DNA from: an uncultured archaeon
Lineage (GTDB): Archaea; Thermoproteota; Bathyarchaeia; Bathyarchaeales; Bathycorpusculaceae
Direction: 5' to 3'
NCBI GenBank assembly: GCA_963810275.1
Contig: CAWENF010000018.1
Location: 24,187 to 88,186 of the forward strand
Length of the DNA stretch: 64,000 nt
Shown: one piece after another, positions 10,417 to 21,600 of the stretch
Layout: each line of letters opens with the position of its first letter
Position numbering within the stretch: the stretch's first letter is position 1
Made by a program: the position numbers and the translations under genes
The notes under the pieces: model-generated
Databases searched by the model: none
Told to the model about the DNA's origin: nothing
The model's input: only the letters and a program-made list of their open reading frames with translations

Positions 10417-10659
10417 ATGCCAACAATGCAAAACAACCCACCCATAACAATCAACCATAAACAAAGAAAACTACAAAGAATCTTCCAAGAAACCCAAGAA
10501 GAAATCCTCCTCCTAACAGCAACCGCAAAATTCAATCACACCACCTGCAAAACAGACGACACCCAACTCAAATTAACCCTCGCATACATAGACGACACAA
10601 AAAAACTCATCCAAGTCCTACAAAACCGCATAAACCTCATAATAGAAGCAGCAAGCTAA
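10417..10659 (+). CDS. Small hypothetical helical protein
   Basis: 80-aa ORF with a TATA-like sequence upstream; strongly A/C-rich coding strand; no recognisable motif. Confidence 0.45.
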   Translation: MPTMQNNPPITINHKQRKLQRIFQETQEEILLLTATAKFNHTTCKTDDTQLKLTLAYIDDTKKLIQVLQNRINLIIEAAS

Positions 10660-10724
10660 AACAAAAAAACACTATGGCTCCGCCCAAAAGGGCAGAACCC
10701 CAGTGGCAGGTGTTGTTGGCAGAG

Positions 10725-11021
10725 TTATTCTGGAGGCGACTTTTTAGCTTTTAGCTGCGCCCGTTTTCCGCGCTCATAGCCGACGAAGTAGCCGATTATG
10801 ACTGCGCCGATGGCTGCTTGCACTGAGAACAGCAGACTTTCAATTTCACCACTTGGTGGCTCCCAGAAGGGGGTAATCCATGGTTCATAGCCTGAGGATT
10901 CGATTTCGTCTGCTGCGTTGCCGTCTGCGCCGCCAAATTCTGCGTGCGGCAAAATAATTAGCGGCAAAGCAAACAGAACCACCATTACAACTAGCAGGAT
11001 GGCATAGTGTTTTGCATTCAT
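10725..11021 (-). CDS. cbiN: Cobalt ECF transporter small subunit CbiN
   Basis: EFGGADG, GYEPW..PFWEPPSGEIESLLFSVQAAIGA..IGYF.G signature. Confidence 0.92.
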   Translation of the reverse strand: MNAKHYAILLVVMVVLFALPLIILPHAEFGGADGNAADEIESSGYEPWITPFWEPPSGEIESLLFSVQAAIGAVIIGYFVGYERGKRAQLKAKKSPPE

Positions 11022-11713
11022 TGTTCAGATGTCTCCTCGGCGGGTTTGATGCCTGGGATTTTGATGACTTTCAGCTTTGCGAGCACTGGAGCTTTGTATT
11101 TTACGAGAAAGTCAAAGACGATCACTGCGAGTATGCCTTCGCCGATTGCAATTGGTATCTGTGTCACTGCGAATATGGTTGCGAAGTTTGTGAATGCACC
11201 CATTACGCCGTTGACGTTGGGGAACACAAGTGCAAGCTGTAGTGATGTTACGACGTAGGTTGCGAGGTCTCCGAATACTGTGGCTAAGAAGATGCCTATG
11301 GGGTTTTTAAGTCCTAAGCCTCTGCAGGTCTTCCATATGGCGTATGCAACGATTGGACCGACTATGCCCATTGAGAAGACGTTTGCGCCAAGAGTAGTTA
11401 TGCCTCCGTGTGCGAGTAGCATGGCTTGGAATACGAGGACGATTAAGGCAAGAACTGAAGCAACTGCTGGGCCTGCAACGACTGCGGCTAAGCCTGTTCC
11501 AGTGGGGTGAGAGGTGCTGCCTGTTACTGAGGGGAGCTTGAGTGAGGAGAGAACGAATATGAATGCGCCGAGGACTGCGAGGATTGGTATGGCTTCGCGG
11601 TTTGTTTTGGTTATTTTTGTTAGTTTGTAGATGCCATATGCGATGAAGGGGATTGAGATTATGAACCATATTTCCCACCATGGGTGGGGTAGGAATCCTT
11701 CCATTATGTGCAT
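11018..11713 (-). CDS. cbiM: Cobalt ECF transporter substrate-binding subunit CbiM
   Basis: N-terminal MHIMEGFLP, LKLPSVTGSTSHPTG, AHGGITTLGAN, FAVTQIPIAIGEG. Confidence 0.93.
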   Translation of the reverse strand: MHIMEGFLPHPWWEIWFIISIPFIAYGIYKLTKITKTNREAIPILAVLGAFIFVLSSLKLPSVTGSTSHPTGTGLAAVVAGPAVASVLALIVLVFQAMLLAHGGITTLGANVFSMGIVGPIVAYAIWKTCRGLGLKNPIGIFLATVFGDLATYVVTSLQLALVFPNVNGVMGAFTNFATIFAVTQIPIAIGEGILAVIVFDFLVKYKAPVLAKLKVIKIPGIKPAEETSEQ

Positions 11714-11763
11714 GTTGTTTCTTCCTTTTGTTAGGGATTGGCAAAAGCAGCATATTAAACTTC

Positions 11764-11796
11764 AGTTAATCAAAGTTAACTTATGGTTGATTAACT
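11764..11796. promoter_or_regulatory. Inverted-repeat operator candidate upstream of cbiMN
   Basis: Perfect AGTTAATCAA-N13-TTGATTAACT with an inner AAGTTAACTT palindrome, ~50 bp upstream of the cbiM start. Confidence 0.5.
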
Positions 11797-11843
11797 TGGG
11801 TTGAGCGCAACCACCACAAACAAAAAAGAACTAAAACGGCAGC

Positions 11844-13100
11844 TTAAACATCAAGGACTTCATCCATCACAGGAATACAAACATCAGTCAAGTTACCAAT
11901 CCGCTCAGAAAGCAACTCTGCCTGCTCCAAATCCCCGTGAACCAAAACAGTCCGCTTAGGCTTAAGCTTAGTAATAGTCTTAACAAGCTCATTTTGGTCA
12001 GCATGCCCTGAAAGTTCGATTTGCCGAACTTCAGCGTGTACCTGCACAACTTCGTCCTCGGTCTTATAGAACCCCTCCTCTTTAGCTTGCTTAAGTGGAC
12101 TATTTGGAGGCAAATACCCCGAAGTCAAAATAACACAGTTTCGTTTATCCTCTGCCCATTCGCCCAGCAATCTTAAGCTGGCTCCTGCGTGTCCAAACCC
12201 AGAAGTACAGATAACAACTGCAGGGTCTTGAATTTGCATGGTCCTGTAGATGTGCTTCACATGGCGATAGCGGAAGGGGTGCTTCTGGCTTTTGATGTCT
12301 TTTGAGAAAATTTGCTTGCTTTTGTCAAAGTAGCCGTTAATTCGGTGTGCCAAATTCGAGATGGTATACACGTTGTATCGGGGTAGAATGCCCAATTCGA
12401 TGGCCGTGTCGATACGTTTAGCCATCTCCTGACTACGGTGAAAAGCAAACGTTGGAATCAACACGTTACCTTTGCGGTCCATAACTGTCTGCATTTGTTC
12501 CATAAACTCGTCCACCAACTGCCTGCGGGGCGGACGAACTTTTCCACCGTAAGTTGACTCCGTGATTAGTAAGTCGGGTTTTTTGGGGAGAGCTTCAAGG
12601 CGGCACCCACTTAGGATTTCGGTGTCGTGAAGACAGTAGTCACCTGTGTAGACGATGCGTTTGCCTTCGGCTTCGAGGCTGGTTATGCGTGCACCTGCAA
12701 CGTGTCCAGCGGGTTGCAGGTTAATCTTTACGCCAGGCATTGCAATGGAATCGCGGTTCCACCAGCAATCACCTACGTTTTCTGCGTGGCTGTCATTGAA
12801 TTCGGTGTTCCCTTTCTCGGTTTGGATTTTAACCATATCATGGAGCAAATCCACGGTTACTTCTCGGGTAATGTCTGAACCCACAATAGTGGGGTTATTA
12901 TTTTTGCATAAACTCAGCAAGCTTCCAGTGTGATCTAAGTGAGCGTGGCTAATTACGACGGCGTCGAAATCTTTGGGGAGCTTTTTTGGTTGCTCATCGA
13001 TTTTGGTGCCGTAGTCTAGCGCCACTTTGGCTGAGTCGGTTTCGACTGAAATACAAGAGCCGCCTACTTCTCTGGCTGCTCCTAGAACTTGAATTTTCAA
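11844..13100 (-). CDS. Metallo-beta-lactamase / beta-CASP ribonuclease (aCPSF2-like, no KH domain)
   Basis: LGAAREVGGS, SHAHLDHTG, AGHVAG, YTGD, ESTYG, LSGHAD, LVHGD. Confidence 0.88.
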   Translation of the reverse strand: MKIQVLGAAREVGGSCISVETDSAKVALDYGTKIDEQPKKLPKDFDAVVISHAHLDHTGSLLSLCKNNNPTIVGSDITREVTVDLLHDMVKIQTEKGNTEFNDSHAENVGDCWWNRDSIAMPGVKINLQPAGHVAGARITSLEAEGKRIVYTGDYCLHDTEILSGCRLEALPKKPDLLITESTYGGKVRPPRRQLVDEFMEQMQTVMDRKGNVLIPTFAFHRSQEMAKRIDTAIELGILPRYNVYTISNLAHRINGYFDKSKQIFSKDIKSQKHPFRYRHVKHIYRTMQIQDPAVVICTSGFGHAGASLRLLGEWAEDKRNCVILTSGYLPPNSPLKQAKEEGFYKTEDEVVQVHAEVRQIELSGHADQNELVKTITKLKPKRTVLVHGDLEQAELLSERIGNLTDVCIPVMDEVLDV

Positions 13101-13619
13101 ATTTTATGTGCCTCAATTGTTTGTTGCCATCCAAAAATTGGTTTAGCCAACTTGCAGATGGCAATCTGTATGTTAGTATGTTTTTACCGCAAAACACCCA
13201 TATGGGACAATATTAACGTATTGATTGATTAATGTAAATAGAATCATATAACGCCTTAAATCAAGTTTACAGCGTTTAAATGTAACCCACGTTTTCCATT
13301 AAGCAAGTTAGTCAAGAAGCTTCAAATTTAAGTTTGGCGCCCATCCTCAAAAAAGTGTATCAATAAAACTCGAATTATATTACTTTTGCATCTAACCTTT
13401 TGCTCTGAAAATATACTTTTTATCAGTACGGCAGGGATATCCAATAATTTTCTATCACATGCATTATTCCAATACCAAATTTACCCACATTAACAGGCTA
13501 GCTTTTGCAGCTACGAAGCACAGTAAATATGCTCTAACGACTACCAACACACGTTTGCAAACCTTTTCCGCCTTTTTTTATTTAAGCTTTAAAAGCTTAC
13601 ACCGCACACAGTCTCAAGC

Positions 13620-14285
13620 ATGAACCGCACGACCAAAGTGTTAACGGCAGCAATTATCGCGTTAATTCTTGTTGCAAGCACCGAGGGAGCCCTACTCGCA
13701 TCCACCAACATCAATCAAAATCAAACTCTACCAGTACGAGTAGCCTGCATAGGCGACAGCATCACTCGAGGCACCGAATACACGTTGGACTTGTGGGCTT
13801 TGATTGGAGCTGACTACGTAATTGGCGACTTTGGAGTCAGCGGAGCCACTGTATCGCTACATTCCGAAGCAGCGTACATGAACAAAACCGCCTTTACCAC
13901 AGCCAAAGAATTCGAGCCCGACATTGTACTTGTGATGCTTGGCACTAACGACGCCGACTCCACCCTAAACGAAACAACCCAGGAGTTCGTTTCCGACTAC
14001 ATCTCCTTACTGGACGCGTTTAAGGCATCACAAAAGGAGCCGCTAATCTACATTATACAGCCGCCACCCATATTCCCTAATAACTGCACACTAAGCCAAG
14101 CTCTGCTGATCGAACGAGTTACGCCGGGTATCATGAAAGTCTCGGCTCAAACAGGCATACAAGTAATCGACGCTCTTTCGCCGCTAGAAGGCAAACCTGA
14201 ACTCTTTGTTGACGGTGTGCATCCGACGGCTGAGGGAGCAAAGAAAATCGCTGAAGCCGTTTACGCTGCCGTTAGTTGGCAATAA
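13620..14285 (+). CDS. Secreted SGNH/GDSL-family esterase
   Basis: Signal/anchor helix; CIGDSIT, GVSGA, MLGTND, DGVHP. Confidence 0.88.
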   Translation: MNRTTKVLTAAIIALILVASTEGALLASTNINQNQTLPVRVACIGDSITRGTEYTLDLWALIGADYVIGDFGVSGATVSLHSEAAYMNKTAFTTAKEFEPDIVLVMLGTNDADSTLNETTQEFVSDYISLLDAFKASQKEPLIYIIQPPPIFPNNCTLSQALLIERVTPGIMKVSAQTGIQVIDALSPLEGKPELFVDGVHPTAEGAKKIAEAVYAAVSWQ

Positions 14286-14365
14286 CTGCCAGAATTAACC
14301 GAGCCAGCATCTGTGGGGAGAAGTTTTATTTCACCCTCAGCACAATAAAGCAGTGAGGGTTAACT

Positions 14366-14821
14366 ATGAAGTTAAACAAAAAATTAGCCTGCATCTGCGT
14401 AATCAGCATATTTTTAGCCTCATCCACAAGCATTGCACTAGCCGCTCCATCGATTAGTTTAAGCTGGTACAAAAACAACGGCTATGACGACTTTGGCAAC
14501 AGCATAGGCGGAGAATGGACAATAACCGCAAAGGTCTCCTCCGATGTAACCCGCGTCGAATTCTACGTTGACGACGCGCTGCAGCAAAACGTAACATCGG
14601 CGCCGTTTAAGTGGACGTTTAACACCGCCAACTTCAGCTTAGGCGATCACAATATAAAAGTCATAGCCTATGACGCTGCGGGAGAAACAGCAACTGCGCA
14701 GGCTAACCGCAACTTTGTCGAATATTCAGCATCAGACACTTTATGGATGACCATTGGCATAGTTGTGATTGTGATGGTGATTATTCTTGTTGCTGCACTC
14801 TATCGTGTAAGGAAGAAATGA
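14366..14821 (+). CDS. Membrane-anchored Ig-like (Big_7-type) domain protein
   Basis: Signal peptide; VTRVEFYVD...APFKWTFNT...GDHNIKVIAYDAAG; C-terminal TM helix plus RKK. Confidence 0.75.
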   Translation: MKLNKKLACICVISIFLASSTSIALAAPSISLSWYKNNGYDDFGNSIGGEWTITAKVSSDVTRVEFYVDDALQQNVTSAPFKWTFNTANFSLGDHNIKVIAYDAAGETATAQANRNFVEYSASDTLWMTIGIVVIVMVIILVAALYRVRKK

Positions 14822-15022
14822 GCTAAAACAGAAATAAGGCTTCTAAAAAAGCCTTCCAGTCGGCTTAGATCGTTGCCACCGTTTACTCTTAAACCATCAA
14901 CGTCATATAAATGCAATAAACAGAGCTACACCTAAAATTTATCGAACAATCAATCTTAACCAGTCGTCAATCAACATTTTTAAGCAATACCACTCAATCA
15001 TTACCCACCCAAGGGCACGGAA

Positions 15023-16237
15023 ATGCAGAAAAACACCAACTACACTCCAAATTTCCCAAGCCACATAATACAGGAAGGCAAAGTCCAAGTACTAGTGCCT
15101 GACCTTGACGCCTATGGTGTAACACCAAGTGACTATGCACCCAGCAAGGCACCTGTGTTCTACAACCCCGTAATGGAGTTCAACCGTGACCTCTCTGTCC
15201 TTGCAGTCACAGCGTTTCAGCGTATGGTTAACCATCCCGTCAGTATATGTGAGCCCTTAACAAGCCAAGGCATAAGGGGCATACGCTACGCCGCCGAAAC
15301 CCCCCAGGTTGAGCGGGTGCTGATTAGCGATATAAGTAGCGTAGCATGTCAAGTGGCAGAACACAACATCCAACTAAACAACCTCCAAGACAAAATCACC
15401 TTAAAACACAGCGACGCCAACCGCACCTTAAGTAACAATGCGTCCCCCAAAAAACGCTTTGACATAGTGGACATAGACCCTTTTGGCACTCCAGCTCCCT
15501 ACTTGGACGCTACAGTTAGGGCAGTAAAAAATCATGGGCTCGTAGCTGTAACAGCTACTGATTTGGCGCCCCTCTGCGGGGTTCATGCAAAAGCCTGTAT
15601 CAGAAAATACGGCGGAAAACCGCTACGCTCTGAGTACTGCCACGAGTTGGCGGTTCGATTGCTCTGTGGAGCCGTGGCAGCGACTGCTGCAAAACATGAC
15701 ATTGGTGTGCGGGTGCTGCTTAGCCATAGCAGCGACCACTACATCCGCGCTTATTTGCAAATCGCGTACGGCGCCAAAAAAGCCGATGCAGCGATCAAAA
15801 ATGTCGGGTATATCCTACACTGCTTTAGCTGCATGCACCGAGAAGTCATCCACCAACCGTTTAGCTGCCTAACATGCCCGGAATGCGATGCACACATGGA
15901 CTGGGCTGGACCACTCTGGACAGGCAGCATACAAGAAGCAGCATTCGTTGAGTCGGTGTTAACCGAAAACCTAACCGCAAACTTAAAGCTCAACACAAAA
16001 ATAAACAAGTTCCTTACGCAAATCCGAGCCGAAGCAAACTCGCCCATCACCTACTACGTTATAGACAAACTCAGCGGAAAACTCGACCTGCCAGCACCCT
16101 CCAACCACGCTTTCCTGGCCGAACTTCAAAAAGCAGGCTTCCAAGCAGTTCCTACACACTTCAACCCAAGAGGCATTAAAACGGATGCTTCGGCAAAAGC
16201 TATGGAAAAAACACTCAACCAACTCGTACACAAGTAG
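15023..16237 (+). CDS. trm1: tRNA (guanine26-N2)-dimethyltransferase Trm1
   Basis: APVFYNPVMEFNRD, GIRGIRY, DIDPFGTP, VTATD, zinc ribbon CxxC...CPEC, GPLWTG, THF...GIKTDA. Confidence 0.93.
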   Translation: MQKNTNYTPNFPSHIIQEGKVQVLVPDLDAYGVTPSDYAPSKAPVFYNPVMEFNRDLSVLAVTAFQRMVNHPVSICEPLTSQGIRGIRYAAETPQVERVLISDISSVACQVAEHNIQLNNLQDKITLKHSDANRTLSNNASPKKRFDIVDIDPFGTPAPYLDATVRAVKNHGLVAVTATDLAPLCGVHAKACIRKYGGKPLRSEYCHELAVRLLCGAVAATAAKHDIGVRVLLSHSSDHYIRAYLQIAYGAKKADAAIKNVGYILHCFSCMHREVIHQPFSCLTCPECDAHMDWAGPLWTGSIQEAAFVESVLTENLTANLKLNTKINKFLTQIRAEANSPITYYVIDKLSGKLDLPAPSNHAFLAELQKAGFQAVPTHFNPRGIKTDASAKAMEKTLNQLVHK

Positions 16238-16308
16238 CAATGCCAGATTCTGCAGCAACAAAGTTTAAAAAACAAAATCAATCATCTCTAAACAAGCAGT
16301 GAACTATT

Positions 16309-17118
16309 ATGACTCAGAAAATCACAGTAATCGGCACAGGAATGATGGGCAGTGCCATCATCAAAAGCCTTCTAAAAGGCAACGTAGAACCCGCATCAAT
16401 CACGGCGGTGGACATTTTTGAGGAGAAACTCAAAGAGTTCGAAGCGCTTGGAGTTAAAACCTGCCAAGACAACGTCAAATCTGCCGCCTCTGCAGATGTA
16501 GTCTTCGTCATAGTGAAGCCCTTCGATGTAGTCAAAGCCCTAAAAGAAATCAGCAAAGAAATCAAGAACAAAATCGTCATATCAGTCGCCGCAACTGTGC
16601 CACTTAGCTTCCTAAAAAAAAATGCGCCTGACAGCAAAGTTGTGCGCATAATGCCCAACCTCTGCGCCATGGTGCAAGCCAGCTACACCGCGTATTGCTG
16701 CACCGAAAACGTCACCCTCCAAGACAAAGAAATCATCAAAACCTTACTTAATATGATGGGCACATGCGACGAAGTGGACGAGAAATACATGGACGCCCTC
16801 ACAGCGATGAGCGGCAGTGGACCAGGCTATATGAGCATAATTATCGAAGCCTTAACCTACGCTGGGTTGAAAGTGGGTTTGCCGCGATACATCGCACTAA
16901 AATGTGCAGCCCAAACTACACTGGGTACAGCTAAACTTGTCACCGACATGCAAGAGGACCCTGCCAAAATCCGTGACATGACCACAACCCCTGGCGGAAC
17001 AACCATCGAAGCCATATACCAAATTGAACAAAGCCAAATTCGACCCGCCATGATGCGCGCGATCGAGGAAGCTACCAAAAAAGGTCAAGCCATCCGAGAA
17101 AAACTTAACCTTGAATAG
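16309..17118 (+). CDS. proC: Pyrroline-5-carboxylate reductase
   Basis: IGTGMMG, VKP, RIMPN, SGSGPGY, TPGGTTI. Confidence 0.93.
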   Translation: MTQKITVIGTGMMGSAIIKSLLKGNVEPASITAVDIFEEKLKEFEALGVKTCQDNVKSAASADVVFVIVKPFDVVKALKEISKEIKNKIVISVAATVPLSFLKKNAPDSKVVRIMPNLCAMVQASYTAYCCTENVTLQDKEIIKTLLNMMGTCDEVDEKYMDALTAMSGSGPGYMSIIIEALTYAGLKVGLPRYIALKCAAQTTLGTAKLVTDMQEDPAKIRDMTTTPGGTTIEAIYQIEQSQIRPAMMRAIEEATKKGQAIREKLNLE

Positions 17119-17127
17119 CGAACCAGA

Positions 17128-17787
17128 ATGCTACAAGCCGCGATTTTCGACTGGGACGGCACACTTGCCGACACCCGTCGAGCCATTGTTTTATCTTTTC
17201 AGCAGGTTTTATCAGAAATCAACCTCGAAGTCCCTGTTGTAAGCATTGAGCGAAGAATCGGTATAGGCGCAGCGGATACTTTCCGTGAAATACTCAAAGC
17301 CGCTAAAAGGCCTGTTGATGAGCAAGTTGTGAAGCAGCTCGTTGAGCGCAAAAGTCAATTGCAATGTCAACGTGCCAAGGAAGTAGCGCTTTTTGAGGGT
17401 TCAAAAGAGCTTTTGGAGTCGTTGCATTGCAAGGTGAAGGTGGGTTTGGCATCTATGAACAGCCGCCAAGTTGTTATGCACCTGCTTACGCTCAACAAGT
17501 TAGTGGACTGCTTTGATGTTGTTTTAACAGTTGAGACGGTTTCTCATTCTAAACCTGACCCAGAGATTTTCTTGAAAACCGCAAAGCGGCTTGACGTTAA
17601 AGTTGAGGCTTGCGTGGTGTTTGAAGACTCCATCTTCGGCGTTAAAGCCGCTAAAGCTGCGGGCATGCGCTGTATCGCTGTAACAACAGGTGCGTACAAA
17701 GCTAATGAGCTTCAGGCGGAAAGCCCTGATTTAGTAATTAAAAACTTATCTGAACCTACAATACTCCCATTCATATTTGACTCGTAG
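17128..17787 (+). CDS. HAD-superfamily phosphatase (beta-PGM/CbbY-like)
   Basis: FDWDGTLADT, KPDPEIF, FEDS..GVKAAKAAGM. Confidence 0.88.
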   Translation: MLQAAIFDWDGTLADTRRAIVLSFQQVLSEINLEVPVVSIERRIGIGAADTFREILKAAKRPVDEQVVKQLVERKSQLQCQRAKEVALFEGSKELLESLHCKVKVGLASMNSRQVVMHLLTLNKLVDCFDVVLTVETVSHSKPDPEIFLKTAKRLDVKVEACVVFEDSIFGVKAAKAAGMRCIAVTTGAYKANELQAESPDLVIKNLSEPTILPFIFDS

Positions 17788-17876
17788 TTGCGTGTTGTAA
17801 CTTACACGCAGTCACATAGCTTTAAACACATTTCGCATAAACAATAGATTAGTTAAAAGAGAAAGGAAGAAAGCTT

Positions 17877-18140
17877 TTGAATCAGTTATTTGAGAAAAAG
17901 AGTAAACCCTCAACGTATCAAGTTTTACTGCTCGAAAATGGCAAAAGAAACAATGTCAAAGTGCAGGAAGCAGAGCAAGTTGATTTCGGTGCAGTCAAAG
18001 AGCACCTCAGAAACGGCGGCTCCGTCTTCATAACCAGCCGTTCAGAACAAAAAATACTGCCCCCAAAAAGACACCTGCAACACAGCTATATTCAGGCACG
18101 GCGCAACATGGGTTTCCTTTTTCGTCAGCAACTAAGATAA
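17877..18140 (+). CDS. Small hypothetical protein
   Basis: 87-aa ORF with a TATA-like TTTAAA and a purine-rich leader upstream. Confidence 0.55.
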   Translation: MNQLFEKKSKPSTYQVLLLENGKRNNVKVQEAEQVDFGAVKEHLRNGGSVFITSRSEQKILPPKRHLQHSYIQARRNMGFLFRQQLR

Positions 18141-18155
18141 GCTGCTTTGTTTTGT

Positions 18156-18224
18156 GTAGCGTGCATCCATCAATTTCCCTTACCCCCTCTCTCTTCCCAG
18201 CGTTTCCCTTTGGGTGCACGCTAC
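18156..18224 (+). other. 14-bp stem enclosing a 41-nt pyrimidine-rich loop
   Basis: GTAGCGTGCATCCA pairs with TGGGTGCACGCTAC (one G-U on the + strand). Confidence 0.6.
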
Positions 18225-18659
18225 TCCCGCTAACATAAAAACAATGATACATAATCGAGTTGAGCACTTAGCGCTCCAAAACTTAAGCGTCTTTCTTTTA
18301 CTCCGTCTGCCATAATTTATGCTGCTTTAGGTTTCTGCTTTTTTATTTATAATTGAACTGCTTTTAGTCATCGATTTTCTAGCAGAGAATATCTGATTGC
18401 ATTTTATCACCAAAACATTACTCGTTAAACATTAGTGTCAGTATTGCTAACATCTTCACTCATCCAATTGACTAATTAATTGAGAATTAGATTCGGTCTA
18501 ATTCCAAAACTTTGTTTTAGATTAACTCATGAATCTTTGCCTCAGGATAATCTTTTTTTACTTTTGTTTGCAAGAGTGTTATGGCCTAATGATACTCACA
18601 ATCGCTTATATTTTTGCGTAATTCACTTTACTATAAGCATAATCAAGGACAGGAAAGTT

Positions 18660-21600
18660 ATGTTTTTTTTAGCGAATTTAAGGTGTACAAAGGCTATTTT
18701 GTTTACTATACTACTTGTCTCATTACTTCTCCCATTTTCCAGTTTTGAGGTTACTAATGCCGCTTCAACAGCACTAACTCAGAAGTGGGTTGGCTATGTT
18801 GGTGGTGGCGGAGAGGCGCTCTTAACTTATGATGCTTTGCCTCAGTATGGCGGTGAGGAGATCTTTCATGCGGGTGGTTCTGTTGCGCCCAATTCGGGTG
18901 GACGGGTTAGTTGTCTAAACGGGAGGACTGGTTCGGTAATTTGGACCAGAACTATTGCTAATGTTGGAGATACCTGTCAGATACATTTAGTTGATATGGA
19001 CAATGACGATACAATGGAGCTGGTAGTTCCACTCCAGATGCCTGCTGGTGTTTACATCTTAAACACTGAAGACGGCAGTACTGTTTTCTCTGCAACATCC
19101 CTTGGTGGCGGTCGTATCGATTCAAGTCCCGTATCTGGTGATGTAGATAATGATGGTTATCCAGATTTGTTCATCGGTGTCATGGCATATGAGGAGCAGC
19201 CATCTACTGGAAAGGTAATTCGTTATGAATGGAACCCCTCAACAAGAACAGTTGTTGAGCGAGATCGAGTTCAGGTTTGGCATCCTTGTGCTGGAGGTCT
19301 GGCACTTTGTGATACTGACAACGATGGACGTGTCGAGCTCTATATGAATGAGCGAGACGCCTATTTTGGTGATGGCAGTTGGGGCCGGGGCACTGTATCT
19401 TTTTGGGCAGACAATCTAGAAGTGCGGTGGCAACTCTATGGCTGGGGAGCTAGCAGCAACATACCCATGCTAGCAGACGTTAACAAAGATGGCATAGTAG
19501 ATGTGGTTACCACCGACCTGAGCGCTGGTGTTTGTGTTTTGGATTCAGCCACTGGGCAACCTTTGACAAACGATGATGGAAAAGTTCTTTATCAAACTAG
19601 TATTCCAGGCAGACACAATCACTATCAATCATCAATATACGACTTTGATGGGGATGGAAACCTAGAAGTTTTAAGCGGTGATGGATTTGAGGGAGAATTT
19701 GATTACATTTCGGTTTTCGATTTGTGGGATTGGACTTTAGACGCATCTATTGATACCACGATTGTTGGTCCAACTTTGACCCGGTCTTGGAAAGGTCCCA
19801 CTGTTGGTGAAGTTAGTGGTGATGGAGTTATGGATTTACTGGTCGTCACCTTCGATCCAAACACAGGTAACAACGGTCAACTTCAGGTCTATGATAGAAA
19901 TTATAACCTCCTGTATCTGAATACTGGCTTGCGTCATAGAGCCATTGATGCTGTTGTTCAGGATGTTGACCGAAATGACGGTGGTCTAAATGAAGTGCTT
20001 GTGCTAACGCAGGGTGGGGTTATCTATTGCTTTGATTCCCCAGGAATTGCTTCTCAGCCAAGGGCTAGAAGTGAGGTACAGTTCTATAGTGAAAGTAGAA
20101 ATGGTGCCTCAGAATACATCGCTTATGAGCGACAGGTTAGTTCCACGCCCCCCGTAGTTCCGCCGCCCGCGCCTAACGATGGGCCGACACAAACTCAGCC
20201 ATCTCTTACTGGAAGCACAAACTCAGATAATCTTGTTGCCACCCCTCAGGGAACCTATGATGCTGATGGTGATCGAGTAATTAATGTTTTTAATTGGCAA
20301 AAGAACGGTGTATCTTTAGCTAACATCAACCTACCTTTCGAATCAAAAACCAACTCTCAAGATGAATACAGCGGGTTAGCATCCATGAGGGATTATGCGT
20401 ATGGTGCTTACGGAACTGTTTTTGGAGCGACTTGGACTCCTAATGGTAAGGTTGGCGGCGCCTACTCTTTTGACGGAAATGATTTTATCAGAGTTGAGGA
20501 ATCGAGCAATCGCTATGATGGTGGCGGCTCTTGGTCTGAGATGTCGCTTGAATGTTGGGTAAAAGCGAGCTCTACATCTAATGAACGGTTGATTTTGAAA
20601 ACCGATCGATATGACACTAGAAACATAATCTCTTACAGACTTGATTGTCAAAATCAGGGTAGTCAACTCTTATTTACTTGGAATACAATTGGCGGAGCTC
20701 CCGCAATTACTGGCACCACATCTTTAGGAGTAAACGGTTGGCATCATGTAGTCTGTACATACAACTCTGGTGTCGGATCTAGAAATTTACATTGACGGAT
20801 TGCAAGCTAATAGTGCGTTGAGTTCCACTTATACTGGCAATGTATTGAATACTGATGGCCCATTCGAGATAGCCTTTGGCAGCGGTAGCGATTTTATCGG
20901 CTCAGTTGATGAAGTTCGGCTTTATCCATTTGAGGCCTCTGCTTCTATGGTGGCCCAGAGGTTTGCTGATACAAAAGACGGACTTAGCAGCAAAAGTACA
21001 ATAAATTCTGCCGATACATCAGTGGAAGATCAATGGCGATGTCAGGTCACACCCAACGACGGTAAAGTTGACGGTGCTACATCAAACACTGTAACCAGAA
21101 CAATAACTACTGATAACACAGTATATCTGCTAACTACAAACATTGTGGGCTCTGGCTCAGTAATTAGAAACCCAGATGCCGCCTCGTATGTTTCGGGCGT
21201 AATAGTTGGTTTAAATGCGGTTCCTGCTTCAGGTTGGAGCTTTACTGGATGGAACGGAGATTTGACAGGTTCCACAAATCCCATTTCGATAACGATGGAT
21301 TCAAACAAAGAGGTCACTGCAACATTCTCCCCAATTCCTCCATCAACCTACACTCTTACAACTAGCACCATCGGAAACGGAGCAGTAATAAAAAATCCCA
21401 ACCAAAATATATACAATTCCGGTGCTGTAGTCCAATTAGCTGCTTCTGCTGAATCTGGCTATGAGTTTGCTGGTTGGAGTGGAGACTTAACAGGAACAAC
21501 AAATCCAACAACAATAACTATGGATAGCAACAAAGCTGTGACCGCTACCTTCACTGAAATCTCCAGTGAAAGTCATTTTTTTGAAGATACCTTTGAATCA

